Source of the DNA: a virus
Taxonomy: Duplodnaviria; Caudoviricetes
DNA: 64,000 nucleotides
Strand: one strand, 5' to 3'
IMG/VR virus record: IMGVR_UViG_3300038530_003085
Location: 123,394 to 187,393 of that record
In this document: positions 47,586-57,085 of the stretch, piece by piece
Layout of the letters: each line of letters starts with the position of its first letter
How positions within the stretch are numbered: position 1 is the first letter of the stretch
Notes under the pieces: generated by a model
Databases searched by the model: none
What the model was told of the DNA's origin: nothing
The model's input: only the letters and a program-made list of their open reading frames with translations
Position numbers and translations under genes: made by a program

Positions 47586-48905
47586 TTAGCTTGTTCCGGC
47601 TTTTTTTCTTTTCTTCCATTGAGATTCGTAAATACCGGGCTCAGATATATCTCTTAGTTGTAAATTTTTTCCATTATTATTAGTAATATTTAGTAAGTTT
47701 GGCCAAAATTGATCAAAGGCCGGGCCCGGATCTTCCTTTCCTAATCTGTGAGTTGTGTCATCTTCATGACCGCAAATAAATTCAATATTATCAAACTTAC
47801 TAAGCACCTCTGCTATAACTGCATACAAGGCATTTATTTGCTGTTGTGGGAAAGGCTGCCAGATTTTACCTCCTGACCTAAACCATTTATCTTTTGAGGG
47901 AATTGTAAATTTTTGTGGACCACCTTCTGCCGCAACATCAATTTCTTTTCCTACGAAGGTAGGAACACCAGCATCTGCATCATATCTCGACAGGTTCATC
48001 AAACATATACCGATTGTATTTGAATTGTTATTAGCAGCGGTTCCGCCTGCATGTTGTGCTTTCAAATCAGTACTAATTGCTTCTACATAGTATCCGTTCG
48101 GCTCTATCAAATAATGATATGAATCTGTTCCACTTTTACCTAAAACATCAACACAATTTTTAATGTTAGCAGTAACTGAGTAATGAATCATAATATTTTT
48201 AACATTTGTTGGATTTAAATTTCCGCCGTGATTAAGACCAAAAGGATTGTCGTCTGTTGGTTCTGCATAATAATTAATGCCTTCAAAACTACCACCGTCA
48301 TAAGTACCAGTTTTTCTACCACCAGAACCCGAACTACCAATTGTTCTCAACTGTGCATTAAACAACCCACCAGCATCACTACACTCTTCTCTTAGATATG
48401 GATTTTTTTGTAATATATTCTGGTAAAAGTTTTGATTATTACCTGTTTTTTTAATAAAGAAGCCATATGATAAATCATACTTGCCACCAACTTTATTAAA
48501 TTTAACAATACAGGTATCAAGCTCTTCTAATTCTTCGGTAGTTGCTATAAGCGTATGCATCGATGCAATAACTAATGGTACTGATGTATCATTAGCAGAA
48601 CTAAGGTCACACGGAATGGGATAAAATGCGTGAGGACTATCTTCATCAGTTATCCTAACCCTATAGCCATAATATTCACTAGTTCCCTCACCTATAACTG
48701 CACCAAAAATAGCTGACAATTCGGAGCGGCTAAATGGTGTGTCACTGACTTTATGCAAAACTATACAGTTAAATTGATCCTTTCCTTCGAGTTTATCTTT
48801 TTTACCAACAGACGCATTTACAGCGGCCTCTTTTAATAAATCAAACCCGTCTTCTGGAGTAGTTAATTCTGGTAATGACTTGAGTCCATCAAGATCCTTG
48901 ATCAT
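47586..48905 (-). CDS. Protein with C-terminal N-acetylmuramoyl-L-alanine amidase (Amidase_2) domain
   Basis: IMIHYS, YHYLI, AQHAG, TIGICL, GHED and KEDPG zinc-amidase motifs; about 230 aa of unknown N-terminal region. Confidence 0.82.
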   Translation of the reverse strand: MIKDLDGLKSLPELTTPEDGFDLLKEAAVNASVGKKDKLEGKDQFNCIVLHKVSDTPFSRSELSAIFGAVIGEGTSEYYGYRVRITDEDSPHAFYPIPCDLSSANDTSVPLVIASMHTLIATTEELEELDTCIVKFNKVGGKYDLSYGFFIKKTGNNQNFYQNILQKNPYLREECSDAGGLFNAQLRTIGSSGSGGRKTGTYDGGSFEGINYYAEPTDDNPFGLNHGGNLNPTNVKNIMIHYSVTANIKNCVDVLGKSGTDSYHYLIEPNGYYVEAISTDLKAQHAGGTAANNNSNTIGICLMNLSRYDADAGVPTFVGKEIDVAAEGGPQKFTIPSKDKWFRSGGKIWQPFPQQQINALYAVIAEVLSKFDNIEFICGHEDDTTHRLGKEDPGPAFDQFWPNLLNITNNNGKNLQLRDISEPGIYESQWKKRKKAGTS

Positions 48906-49210
48906 CAGTTATTCTCCCTTTGGGACTCTTCTTGAATCATGTCAAATAAATTTTCTCTATCGACATCAGTAAGTTCATAGCTAGAGTCAGTTTTCTTTGA
49001 CTGAATAGATATGATTTTAACCAACTGTTCATTGGAGCGTTGTAGTGTTTCAATATGCTTTGCCGCAACGGGGCTAAGATATTTATTTTGTTCCGGGTCT
49101 CCAGATATTAAATTAGCAATTTCATTTAAAAACTCACGAGCAACTTTACGATCATTTCGTATGTTACCAAGCGCCTCTGACATCAGTGTTTCCAAATCGT
49201 TGTTACTCAT
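48905..49210 (-). CDS. Hypothetical helical protein
   Basis: 101 aa, GGAGG SD, ATGA overlap with the coxB stop. Confidence 0.7.
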   Translation of the reverse strand: MSNNDLETLMSEALGNIRNDRKVAREFLNEIANLISGDPEQNKYLSPVAAKHIETLQRSNEQLVKIISIQSKKTDSSYELTDVDRENLFDMIQEESQRENN

Positions 49211-50214
49211 ATTGGTGCCTCCTTATTGGTTCCCAGTCCTTTCAAATAAACAACAAGTGCAGTTAGTTCCTCTTCACTCAGTCGTCCCGCGTATGATGGC
49301 ATAACCGGACCGTATCCTTCAACCACCTTTGCAATCGGATTTACAATTGATTCACGCAGATAGTTCTCATCGACCAGCACGGTATCACCGGTTGTCAGTC
49401 GTTCCTTACGTCCAAATACCCCGTACAGCGCTGGGCCAATGCCGCCGGCAGGTGCATCTTCAGTAACTGAATGACAACCCGCACAGCCGCTACTAGCAAA
49501 TACCGTAGCACCGTCAACGGGACCATCAGATTTATTTTGCATTTCTTCGACAAATGAAACAAACTCTGACTGACTTAGCACCGTAACCTTAGTTATCATA
49601 CCTGAATGTTTAGTACCACAGTATTCAGTACAGAATAGGTCGTACACACCTTCCTGCGTTGCTTGAAATCCAGTTACTGTATAACGGTTTGGAACAACGT
49701 CTTTCTTCATACGGAAAGAAGGGATATATATACTATGTAACACATCGGCTGACGAGCCAACTATACGAACGGGAGTATTAACCGGAACAACAAGCCCAAC
49801 TGGGCGGCCCTCTCTAGTATTCTTTACATTCATCTCTTCTGTAGCTTGTAAACGAATCCCTTGTTCTGGATAATCAAATGTCCAAAACCACTTTTGTCCC
49901 ATAACTCTAATCTCCATTGCATCCGCTTTAGGTACCGACATGTGAACATAATCATGGGCGCCCCAGTAAAAAATTAACATTAGGATAATAGTAGGAATCA
50001 GTGTCCAAGTGACTTCAAGTCCAAGGTGGTCTCGTGGAGGATTATCTCGTGCAACATCTGCTGATGCGCGGTAGCGGATAGCTAAATAAATCATAGTACC
50101 ACAAACCAATACCATAGAAATTACAGAGACCCATAAGATAAACATAAATAAAGTATCGATCCCGGGTGCGAGAGCATTAACGGACTCAGGCATCCAAAAA
50201 CGAGAGTCAAACAT
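49207..50214 (-). CDS. coxB: Cytochrome c oxidase subunit II with fused cytochrome c (caa3-type)
   Basis: Two TM helices (LEVTWTLIP), GQKWFWTFDY, DVLHS, CuA motif CTEYCGTKHSGM, heme motif CAGCH and distal Met (VMP). Confidence 0.93.
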   Translation of the reverse strand: MFDSRFWMPESVNALAPGIDTLFMFILWVSVISMVLVCGTMIYLAIRYRASADVARDNPPRDHLGLEVTWTLIPTIILMLIFYWGAHDYVHMSVPKADAMEIRVMGQKWFWTFDYPEQGIRLQATEEMNVKNTREGRPVGLVVPVNTPVRIVGSSADVLHSIYIPSFRMKKDVVPNRYTVTGFQATQEGVYDLFCTEYCGTKHSGMITKVTVLSQSEFVSFVEEMQNKSDGPVDGATVFASSGCAGCHSVTEDAPAGGIGPALYGVFGRKERLTTGDTVLVDENYLRESIVNPIAKVVEGYGPVMPSYAGRLSEEELTALVVYLKGLGTNKEAPI

Positions 50215-50250
50215 TTATAAGTCCCTTACTTACTGTTTTTGTTTCAATGA

Positions 50251-50964
50251 TCATATCTTGCCGTTTTTCCAGTTATTGCTAAAAGTATAATATTTTGTTT
50301 TAAACTTTTTAAGCGAGTTAACGACCTGTTTTGTATTTAAGCCTGTTAATTCACGTAAGTATAGATAAATAGCTTTCTTGTTAAAAATATCAATATCATC
50401 TTTTGAATCAAAAAGAATGCAAATGGCCTTATAAACTTTCAAATCGTTTTCTTTCATTGTAGCTGTATCCCACGATTTTAGTTCTTCATAAAATTTAAGC
50501 CAAAATTCATCTTTTTCTCTATCAGTGAGATAAGACTCATCAGTTGACAAATATTGTTCTTCATAATTTTTAGCAATATTATCAATATTAACTTCGGTTC
50601 TATTCTGTTTTTGTTGTTTTTTAACTTTGTGAATAAACCAATTTTTAGTAATAACTGAAAAATACGAGAAGGCTTTTGAGCCTTTACTTTGATCGTATTT
50701 ATCAAGAATTGTCATTAACCATATCTTACATTCATCACGTAGTAAGTCTATGTTTGGAAGGTTTGTAAACTTATAGGTAAATACAATCTTATCAACCATC
50801 TCATTGAAAGCCGGCTCGATCCACCTTACATACAATTCTGTTCTTTCTTTCACGCAAGTAGTCTGTGCATATCTTACAATTGCATCTTCATGCTCTTGTG
50901 TAAAATAGTGATTTTTACGACGCTTCCGTCTCTTCCTCTTGGGTGTTTCCTTCGTTATTGTCAT
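50251..50964 (-). CDS. Phage sigma-factor-like protein (gp55-type late sigma candidate)
   Basis: NHYF N-terminal motif and region-2-like LDKYDQSKGSKAFSYFSVITKNWFI; C-terminal HTH-like LRELTGLNTKQV. Confidence 0.7.
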   Translation of the reverse strand: MTITKETPKRKRRKRRKNHYFTQEHEDAIVRYAQTTCVKERTELYVRWIEPAFNEMVDKIVFTYKFTNLPNIDLLRDECKIWLMTILDKYDQSKGSKAFSYFSVITKNWFIHKVKKQQKQNRTEVNIDNIAKNYEEQYLSTDESYLTDREKDEFWLKFYEELKSWDTATMKENDLKVYKAICILFDSKDDIDIFNKKAIYLYLRELTGLNTKQVVNSLKKFKTKYYTFSNNWKNGKI

Positions 50965-51247
50965 CTTCTATTAATCCGTAAATGTACTCAAATGTTTCTT
51001 GTTGTTCTGCAAACGATCTAGCGTGCTCCATCAAACCACCCAACGTTTCATCACCGTAAAACATTTCTAATTCATAAACAGATTGTAGATGTTCTGCTAA
51101 TGATTCAGACATATCCTTCAAATCATATAACTCTTCAGCAACGCTTAAAAGTCTAACAATAGCAGCGCGAGCATAAACAAAGAGTGCTACATTACCCGCT
51201 AAAGAAATTGTCAAAATGATTGTTAATATAATTTCAAGATTTGTCAT
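50915..51247 (-). CDS. Membrane-anchored hypothetical protein
   Basis: N-terminal TM followed by an acidic helical region. Confidence 0.6.
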   Translation of the reverse strand: MTNLEIILTIILTISLAGNVALFVYARAAIVRLLSVAEELYDLKDMSESLAEHLQSVYELEMFYGDETLGGLMEHARSFAEQQETFEYIYGLIEDDNNEGNTQEEETEAS

Positions 51248-51497
51248 ATTGTTTATTTGAGTATTCTTTCTTTTGTTTGTTTAAGATTTCTCTATTCTCC
51301 TCAATAAATTTATTGGTTATCTCACCAACACTAGAGTCCTCTTTATTTTTATTCTTTGATATCAATGGCTTGCCTAGGATTTTTACTAATGTGTTTTTAG
51401 ATTCACATTTCTCACAATCTAGACGAACCTCATCATAGCCATGCATATATGAACTAATCTCTTTACAAGATTTACATTCATATCTGTATATTGGCAT
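51234..51497 (-). CDS. FmdB-family zinc-ribbon protein
   Basis: MPIYRYECKSC...CEKCES. Confidence 0.8.
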   Translation of the reverse strand: MPIYRYECKSCKEISSYMHGYDEVRLDCEKCESKNTLVKILGKPLISKNKNKEDSSVGEITNKFIEENREILNKQKKEYSNKQYDKS

Positions 51498-51703
51498 TAT
51501 CGCTCAGCCATTTTTTCTAAATCTTCGGCTGTAACTTCAGTGTCATCAGTAAATCTGACTGTTGGTGGATTAGTAATAACTAAACCGTCATTCGACTCTT
51601 GAAGAGTAAATCCCTTAAGAACCGGAACAATGTCGGTTTGTTCAAGTAGCGACTCTTGAAGAGCCAACATAATTGCACCAAGTGCTTGATTTGAAAGTTG
51701 CAT
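51497..51703 (-). CDS. Hypothetical protein
   Basis: Likely start ATG 51703 (MQLSNQ) with an AGGAG SD. Confidence 0.65.
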   Translation of the reverse strand: MQLSNQALGAIMLALQESLLEQTDIVPVLKGFTLQESNDGLVITNPPTVRFTDDTEVTAEDLEKMAER

Positions 51704-51723
51704 TTTATCTCCTTTTGTATATT

Positions 51724-52686
51724 TTACCACTTAAAATTATTTTTATAATAGCTAACAATGCTATTTATTTCTTCATCAAAAACTCTCTCTGGTTTCCAAC
51801 CAAGAGCACGGAGCTTATCATCATTAAGTGCATAACGCACATCCTGCCCTTGTCTTACGTGTGATAGATCAATATAATCAGATATATCGATTTCTAAATC
51901 TAAAGGTTTGCCAAAATAAGACTTAATAATTTTTAGCACAGTATCGTAGTTCCTCTGTTCAAAGCCGCCGGCTACATTATAAATCTCATTAGTTTTTCCT
52001 GATTCTATGATTGTTGTTACTGCTCTTGCCGTGTCAGCAGAATGTAACCAATTTCGTATCGGCTCTCCAGCATCATGGAGTCTAATCTTTTGATCTCTCA
52101 TTAACAATTTTACAGAGAGAGGGATTAACTTTTCAGGATACTGACCAACTCCATAATTATTGGTCGGTCTCAAAATTATGTAATCGATACCATAAGTTCT
52201 AGCGTAGCCGTAAATTAACATATCAGCAGCAGCTTTTGACGAAGAGTATGGATTACTTGGCTTTAGAAAATCGGACTCTGTATGTTCACCTTCAACAATA
52301 TCTCCATACACCTCATCGGTGCTAAAGTGAAACAACACAGGTCTTTTTGATACATTACCTTGCTTTGCTCTGATCAGATCAAGTAGATTTTGAACACCCG
52401 TAATGTTGGAATGTATAAACTCAGAGCTACTAACAATACTATTACCAACGTGTGATTCAGCAGCAGTGTTAATAACATAATCACAATCAGGTAGATAATC
52501 GAGTGTAGCTATATCGGCTTTTTTAAATGTAAAATTTTTGTGTTGCTGAAGTTCTCTGATATATTGATAATTAGCTGCGTATGTCAGCTTATCTATGCCA
52601 TATACCTTGTAACCCATACTTAGGCACTGTCTAGTCACGTAATGGCCAATGAGGCCCAAGCAGCCTGTAATAACAACTAGTTTCAT
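51724..52686 (-). CDS. rfbB: dTDP-glucose 4,6-dehydratase-like SDR
   Basis: GCLGLIG, AAESHV, STDEVYG, YSSSK, NNYG, PEKLIP, RNWLH motifs. Confidence 0.85.
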   Translation of the reverse strand: MKLVVITGCLGLIGHYVTRQCLSMGYKVYGIDKLTYAANYQYIRELQQHKNFTFKKADIATLDYLPDCDYVINTAAESHVGNSIVSSSEFIHSNITGVQNLLDLIRAKQGNVSKRPVLFHFSTDEVYGDIVEGEHTESDFLKPSNPYSSSKAAADMLIYGYARTYGIDYIILRPTNNYGVGQYPEKLIPLSVKLLMRDQKIRLHDAGEPIRNWLHSADTARAVTTIIESGKTNEIYNVAGGFEQRNYDTVLKIIKSYFGKPLDLEIDISDYIDLSHVRQGQDVRYALNDDKLRALGWKPERVFDEEINSIVSYYKNNFKW

Positions 52687-53051
52687 TAGTCACCCTTCTG
52701 TATTCTATAACTGTCAGAATCAAAATGCTGAGTTGAGAACTCAAATAGTTCTGTGTCTTCAAGAGCAATCATCTGATGCCTTAAGCCGCGATAAACGTGA
52801 AAGTTATCACCGGGCCCTAGTATCGTTTCATTTGCCTCTGATATAGCATCGTGATCCGCATATTTAACAAGTATCTTACCCGACTGAATGTAAAATACTT
52901 CGTCTTTTAATTCATGATAATGCCAAGAACATCGCTTGTCTTTTGCAAAATACAATAACTTACCGCAATATTCCTCACAGTTTACAATCCATTTTTCAAA
53001 GCCCCAACCTTTGGGAACAAACTTAATCTCTTGTGTTGAAGAAGTCTTCAT
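52686..53051 (-). CDS. Cupin-fold sugar isomerase-like protein
   Basis: KGWG, SWHYHELKDEVFY and H-motif 2. Confidence 0.75.
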   Translation of the reverse strand: MKTSSTQEIKFVPKGWGFEKWIVNCEEYCGKLLYFAKDKRCSWHYHELKDEVFYIQSGKILVKYADHDAISEANETILGPGDNFHVYRGLRHQMIALEDTELFEFSTQHFDSDSYRIQKGD

Positions 53052-53349
53052 CTTTTATTCCTTTATCATCAATGTAAATATCGCCGGCGGGTTTACCCAA
53101 AAACAACGAGTGAAAATTGACACCCCAGTCTTTAAGTTGTTGATATGTTAACTCATAAAACGCCTCGTGTGCATAACTATATGAATTATTAGATCGCCCC
53201 ATACCTCTCGCAGTTTGGAAAATAATTTTATTACCTTGTTCATACAATTTGTTAACCATATCAATTCTGTCTTGAATGGGTTGTGCTTGAGAATAATCAC
53301 CATCAGTTTTAGTACAAATTGTTCCGTCAATGTCAAATACGTAATTCAT
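53023..53349 (-). CDS. HAD-family phosphatase (capsule biosynthesis phosphatase-like)
   Basis: FDIDGT, TARG, GKP, YIDD. Confidence 0.85.
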   Translation of the reverse strand: MNYVFDIDGTICTKTDGDYSQAQPIQDRIDMVNKLYEQGNKIIFQTARGMGRSNNSYSYAHEAFYELTYQQLKDWGVNFHSLFLGKPAGDIYIDDKGIKDEDFFNTRD

Positions 53350-53744
53350 AAATTTTCCACAATTTTTGTTGTTGAGTAGTTAGCAAGTCTGTTAAAAAAC
53401 TTAACTTCGTCAACGTGCTGTGCACCAATAACTCTTTTACCTTTATAGTCTGAACCTATCACCATTATCGATGCTTCAGAGTTTAAGACACAATTTTCAA
53501 GCTCTGAGTCTTTTGAGAATGTAACAACCTCGTCAATATATTTGATAGATTCCAATACAGCTTTTCTATCGCTTGTTGTGTTGATAGGTCTACTATCACC
53601 TTTGGATTGTTTGACTCTTTCATCCTCGTCAATTCCAACAACTAAATAGTTGCCTAATGATTTGGCATATTTAAAAAGTTCTATATGGCCGCGGTGTAAT
53701 ATATCAAAACAGCCATTAGTCCATATCGTTTTAGTAGTTTGCAT
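53346..53744 (-). CDS. Heptose-1-phosphate adenylyltransferase-like (RfaE/HldE domain II)
   Basis: NGCFDILHRGH, KGDSRP, GSDY, STT. Confidence 0.85.
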   Translation of the reverse strand: MQTTKTIWTNGCFDILHRGHIELFKYAKSLGNYLVVGIDEDERVKQSKGDSRPINTTSDRKAVLESIKYIDEVVTFSKDSELENCVLNSEASIMVIGSDYKGKRVIGAQHVDEVKFFNRLANYSTTKIVENL

Positions 53745-54660
53745 ACCAAGGCTCATCTAAAAGTTTATACATCTGCATAAGCTGACGAATACCATCATCT
53801 AAGTCATACCTACATTCAAAGCCGGTATCAAATAATTTCTGACTACTAACAATGTAGTCACGCTTATCAGGGTCTTGTGTAAATTCAGCTTTTATAATTT
53901 CAACAGGGGTATGTTGGGCAATCTTTTGTGCTAACTGTAACTTATTCATATTGATAGAATCGTTTCCAACATTATATGTTTCATTCTTGAGGACAGAAAA
54001 ATTATTGATCATCCACATATAAACTCTACAGATATCCCAAATGTGAATGTAGTTTCTCATAAACTCACACTCATACAACACCAGAACTCGATCTTTTATT
54101 GCCTTAAGAACAAAGTTATTAACAAGCAAATCAGTTCGTGCACGACTAGATGGACCGAATACAGTTGCAAGCCTCAAGGTAATGCACCCTTCAGTGTCTT
54201 GATATACTCGTTCAGCATCTACCTTTGTAATACCATACAATGATATTGGGTTAAGTGGTGATTCCTCCGTACAAACTCCGCCATCATCACTGACACCATA
54301 ACCGGAGTTTGTACAAGGGTAAATCAACATTTGGTCATCAGATTTATTATCAGCAATCCATTTGTTGACTTCAAAATTGACTTGCTTTGCATCAGTAGGG
54401 CGCTGCTCACATAATGGAAAACCAACCAAACAAGCAAGGGGAACTATCACATCCGCTTTAGACATGTAAGGTTTGATTAAATCAGTTCTGCGAACATCAA
54501 CTTTATTAAAATCAAAGTTTTCGTCTCCAACGTATCGCAAAAGTGGTTGTGCGCCATACTCAAGATTATCTAAGACAGTTACATTATGACCGTCATCAAG
54601 TAAAAAGCGGACCATTTCGCTTCCGATATAGCCCGCACCACCAGTAATTAAAATATTCAT
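53731..54660 (-). CDS. NAD-dependent sugar epimerase/dehydratase
   Basis: Likely start 54660 (MNILITGGAGYIG), YGITK, RLATVFG. Confidence 0.88.
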   Translation of the reverse strand: MNILITGGAGYIGSEMVRFLLDDGHNVTVLDNLEYGAQPLLRYVGDENFDFNKVDVRRTDLIKPYMSKADVIVPLACLVGFPLCEQRPTDAKQVNFEVNKWIADNKSDDQMLIYPCTNSGYGVSDDGGVCTEESPLNPISLYGITKVDAERVYQDTEGCITLRLATVFGPSSRARTDLLVNNFVLKAIKDRVLVLYECEFMRNYIHIWDICRVYMWMINNFSVLKNETYNVGNDSINMNKLQLAQKIAQHTPVEIIKAEFTQDPDKRDYIVSSQKLFDTGFECRYDLDDGIRQLMQMYKLLDEPWYANY

Positions 54661-54947
54661 CTTTCTATTTTTCCTAAAAACCAATCTTTTAGCATCACCC
54701 AATCAGAAGCTTTTGCATACAGTGGATTAGTAAAGGCTGCTGGTTTATTCTTTTCAAAAACAAAATGACCTGTCCACGCAAAAGGGTAAATAATAAAAGG
54801 TGCTAATAATATAGCATAAATTGGAATTGTTGTCAAACATAACCACACGTAATATACAGTCAACAATTGACCGAGAACGTGTAATCGACGATTCCATATA
54901 TTTTGATGAAGTGTCAAATAGTATTTGTAATATTCGTTAAAATTCAT
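54657..54947 (-). CDS. DUF962/Mpo1-like membrane protein
   Basis: YLTLH...RRLHVLG...WTGHFVFEKNKPA...SDW. Confidence 0.8.
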   Translation of the reverse strand: MNFNEYYKYYLTLHQNIWNRRLHVLGQLLTVYYVWLCLTTIPIYAILLAPFIIYPFAWTGHFVFEKNKPAAFTNPLYAKASDWVMLKDWFLGKIER

Positions 54948-55683
54948 TTATTGTATTAACTCCCTTTTTTTGTACTACTTTTGTAGCACATTCGTTTGCA
55001 TAATTTAGAGACTTAGCTATGTCTTTAGTTTTCAAATATCCAACACACAGTGAAGCCATAAAAGTATCACCTGCTCCACACAAGTCTTTTATTTCAACTT
55101 TTTCAACCGGATAAATTTTATCTGCTAATTTACAACCACCTTCACCCAAGGTTTGAATAACCTTCTGGTGAGTCCAGTCATTATTATTAATATAATTAAT
55201 TGAATTGTTATATTCATGTTTATTGATTTTTATGTACGTACAATTTTTACAATAATCACCAAGTATCTTTTTGGTGTCAATAAAAACGCAATTATGATTA
55301 TTACAGATAAACTCTATATCTTCCTCAGATAAAAACCCTTTGTTATAATCAGATATAATTACAAGATTAAAATTATCTAACATCTGCTTTGTTAAATTCT
55401 TAATTCTCTTAACATTACTGTCACCAGTATCAACTCTTAAAAACATATGATTTGTTTGTTCATCTACAAACCTTTTCTTTTCAATAACTTCTTGATTTGT
55501 TTTTAGTGTTGCAGGTGTTCCTAGCGCTATCACATTTTGATATACGTTACCAGCCATACCGAGATTTTGTTTTTCAAACACAGGGTTGAAAACTGGAACG
55601 GGCGCTTCAGGGCAAAGACGTTCACATTTACCATAAACATGTATGTCTTTGCAAGAATCACCAATGACAAGGATCTTACTCAT
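54937..55683 (-). CDS. PfkB-family heptose kinase-like (RfaE/HldE domain I)
   Basis: RLCPEAPVPV, GMAGNV, SDYNKG, GAGDT. Confidence 0.85.
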   Translation of the reverse strand: MSKILVIGDSCKDIHVYGKCERLCPEAPVPVFNPVFEKQNLGMAGNVYQNVIALGTPATLKTNQEVIEKKRFVDEQTNHMFLRVDTGDSNVKRIKNLTKQMLDNFNLVIISDYNKGFLSEEDIEFICNNHNCVFIDTKKILGDYCKNCTYIKINKHEYNNSINYINNNDWTHQKVIQTLGEGGCKLADKIYPVEKVEIKDLCGAGDTFMASLCVGYLKTKDIAKSLNYANECATKVVQKKGVNTINEF

Positions 55684-56083
55684 CCCAGCTAATTTCCCAG
55701 TCTTTAAACTCTGCTGCTAAACAATCGATTTTATAATCTTTTCTACCACCCATAATCTCTTGAATCTTGTTCTTGGCAGTATTTCTAATACCATTTAAAC
55801 CGTGTGTTAGTTCAAGGTTGTTGCCATCCTTTATGCCTTTTCGATAATTCGATTCGTTGTGCCAAATGTGTAGATTCATCTGAGACAATACAACAATAGC
55901 TCTAATTGTATCTCCACTTACTGGCTCACCTTGATCTAGCAGTAATTGTATATCGTGCACAATATCAGCGATTTCCTGTGCGTATTCTGCTTTGTGTTCA
56001 GTAATGAAGACCTCTTTAAGTTGTGCAATCGACAACCTGTCAATCAACTCAGAAAGAGTCGGTAAGTATTTTCTTTCGCTCAT
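55676..56083 (-). CDS. Hypothetical protein of glycan clusters (ELIDRLSI motif)
   Basis: SELIDRLSI...NLHIWHNE...NGIR pattern. Confidence 0.6.
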   Translation of the reverse strand: MSERKYLPTLSELIDRLSIAQLKEVFITEHKAEYAQEIADIVHDIQLLLDQGEPVSGDTIRAIVVLSQMNLHIWHNESNYRKGIKDGNNLELTHGLNGIRNTAKNKIQEIMGGRKDYKIDCLAAEFKDWEISWDE

Positions 56084-57081
56084 TTGATCCTCCCTTTGAT
56101 ATCTAAATAAACTTTTTCTAATCCTTCTTTAAAAGAAACTTTAGCTTCCCAGCCATCTAACTCATCAGATGCTTTTGTACAATCACACCATTGGCCCCAT
56201 ATTTTAGTTTCCTTTGTGGTGTCATATTCAATATGAATGTTTTTACCAGAAATGTCAATGATATTTTTTGCAATATCTTCAATTTTTACTCTTTCTTGCT
56301 TGCCTACATTTAGCGGGCCAACAATTGACTTTTCTTGCATTTTTTCAATCATCAACTTCGTGCATTCTATAGCATCATCAATATAGCAGTAAGAACGTGT
56401 CTCTTGGCCTGTTCCCCAGACAGAGAATGGTATTTCAGGGTAACGTAGTGCTCTATGAGTAAAGACCGGTATAACGGAACCTGTGGCTAGATTATAGTCT
56501 TGGCCCGGACCAAAAATACCGATATATCTACCAATAGCTGCACAAAAGTCTGGATTTTCTTGAGCAGCATAAAGTATTTGTTTCTCTGCCAATAGTTTAG
56601 CCCAGCCATATGATAATTCAGGATTAGCAGGATATGCTTGTTCTTCTGATATAGCAACTGAATCGGGAGTGCCTTGTAATTCAATCGGATAAACATGTGC
56701 GCTACTAGCATAGAAATACAAAGGCGGAATATCTTGCGCTAAAACTCTCTCCAGTACATTAGTATCGACTTTGCTCATCTTTTGAATTACTTCATAAGGT
56801 TTAGATGTATAATATCCAATGCCTCCAACCTTTGAAGCCATATGAATTACAACATCGTAATCATCAAGAAATGCAGTGTCACATTCTTTCTCAAATGACA
56901 GATCTAAATCAAGAAATGTGATCTTACCTGCCAAGTCTTCAATAGCTTCATAAGTTCCTCTTTCAAGATTATCAACAATGGTTACAGTTGAGCCTTCATC
57001 CACAAGATTGCGAGCTAAGTGTGATCCAATGAAGCCAGCGCCACCGGTGATTAGAACTGATTTACTCTTCCAGAAATTCAT
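56080..57081 (-). CDS. NAD-dependent epimerase (GDP-mannose 3,5-epimerase-like)
   Basis: GGAGFIG, VGGIGY, SSAHVYP, YGWAK, WGTGQETRSY. Confidence 0.8.
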   Translation of the reverse strand: MNFWKSKSVLITGGAGFIGSHLARNLVDEGSTVTIVDNLERGTYEAIEDLAGKITFLDLDLSFEKECDTAFLDDYDVVIHMASKVGGIGYYTSKPYEVIQKMSKVDTNVLERVLAQDIPPLYFYASSAHVYPIELQGTPDSVAISEEQAYPANPELSYGWAKLLAEKQILYAAQENPDFCAAIGRYIGIFGPGQDYNLATGSVIPVFTHRALRYPEIPFSVWGTGQETRSYCYIDDAIECTKLMIEKMQEKSIVGPLNVGKQERVKIEDIAKNIIDISGKNIHIEYDTTKETKIWGQWCDCTKASDELDGWEAKVSFKEGLEKVYLDIKGRIK

Positions 57082-57085
57082 TTAT

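Noticed and set aside
12271-48905. Bacterial contractile injection system or tailocin, or eukaryotic giant virus
   Set aside because: Linked primase, RuvC, SbcCD, phage sigma, holin, SD sites and sigma70 promoters indicate a tailed bacteriophage.
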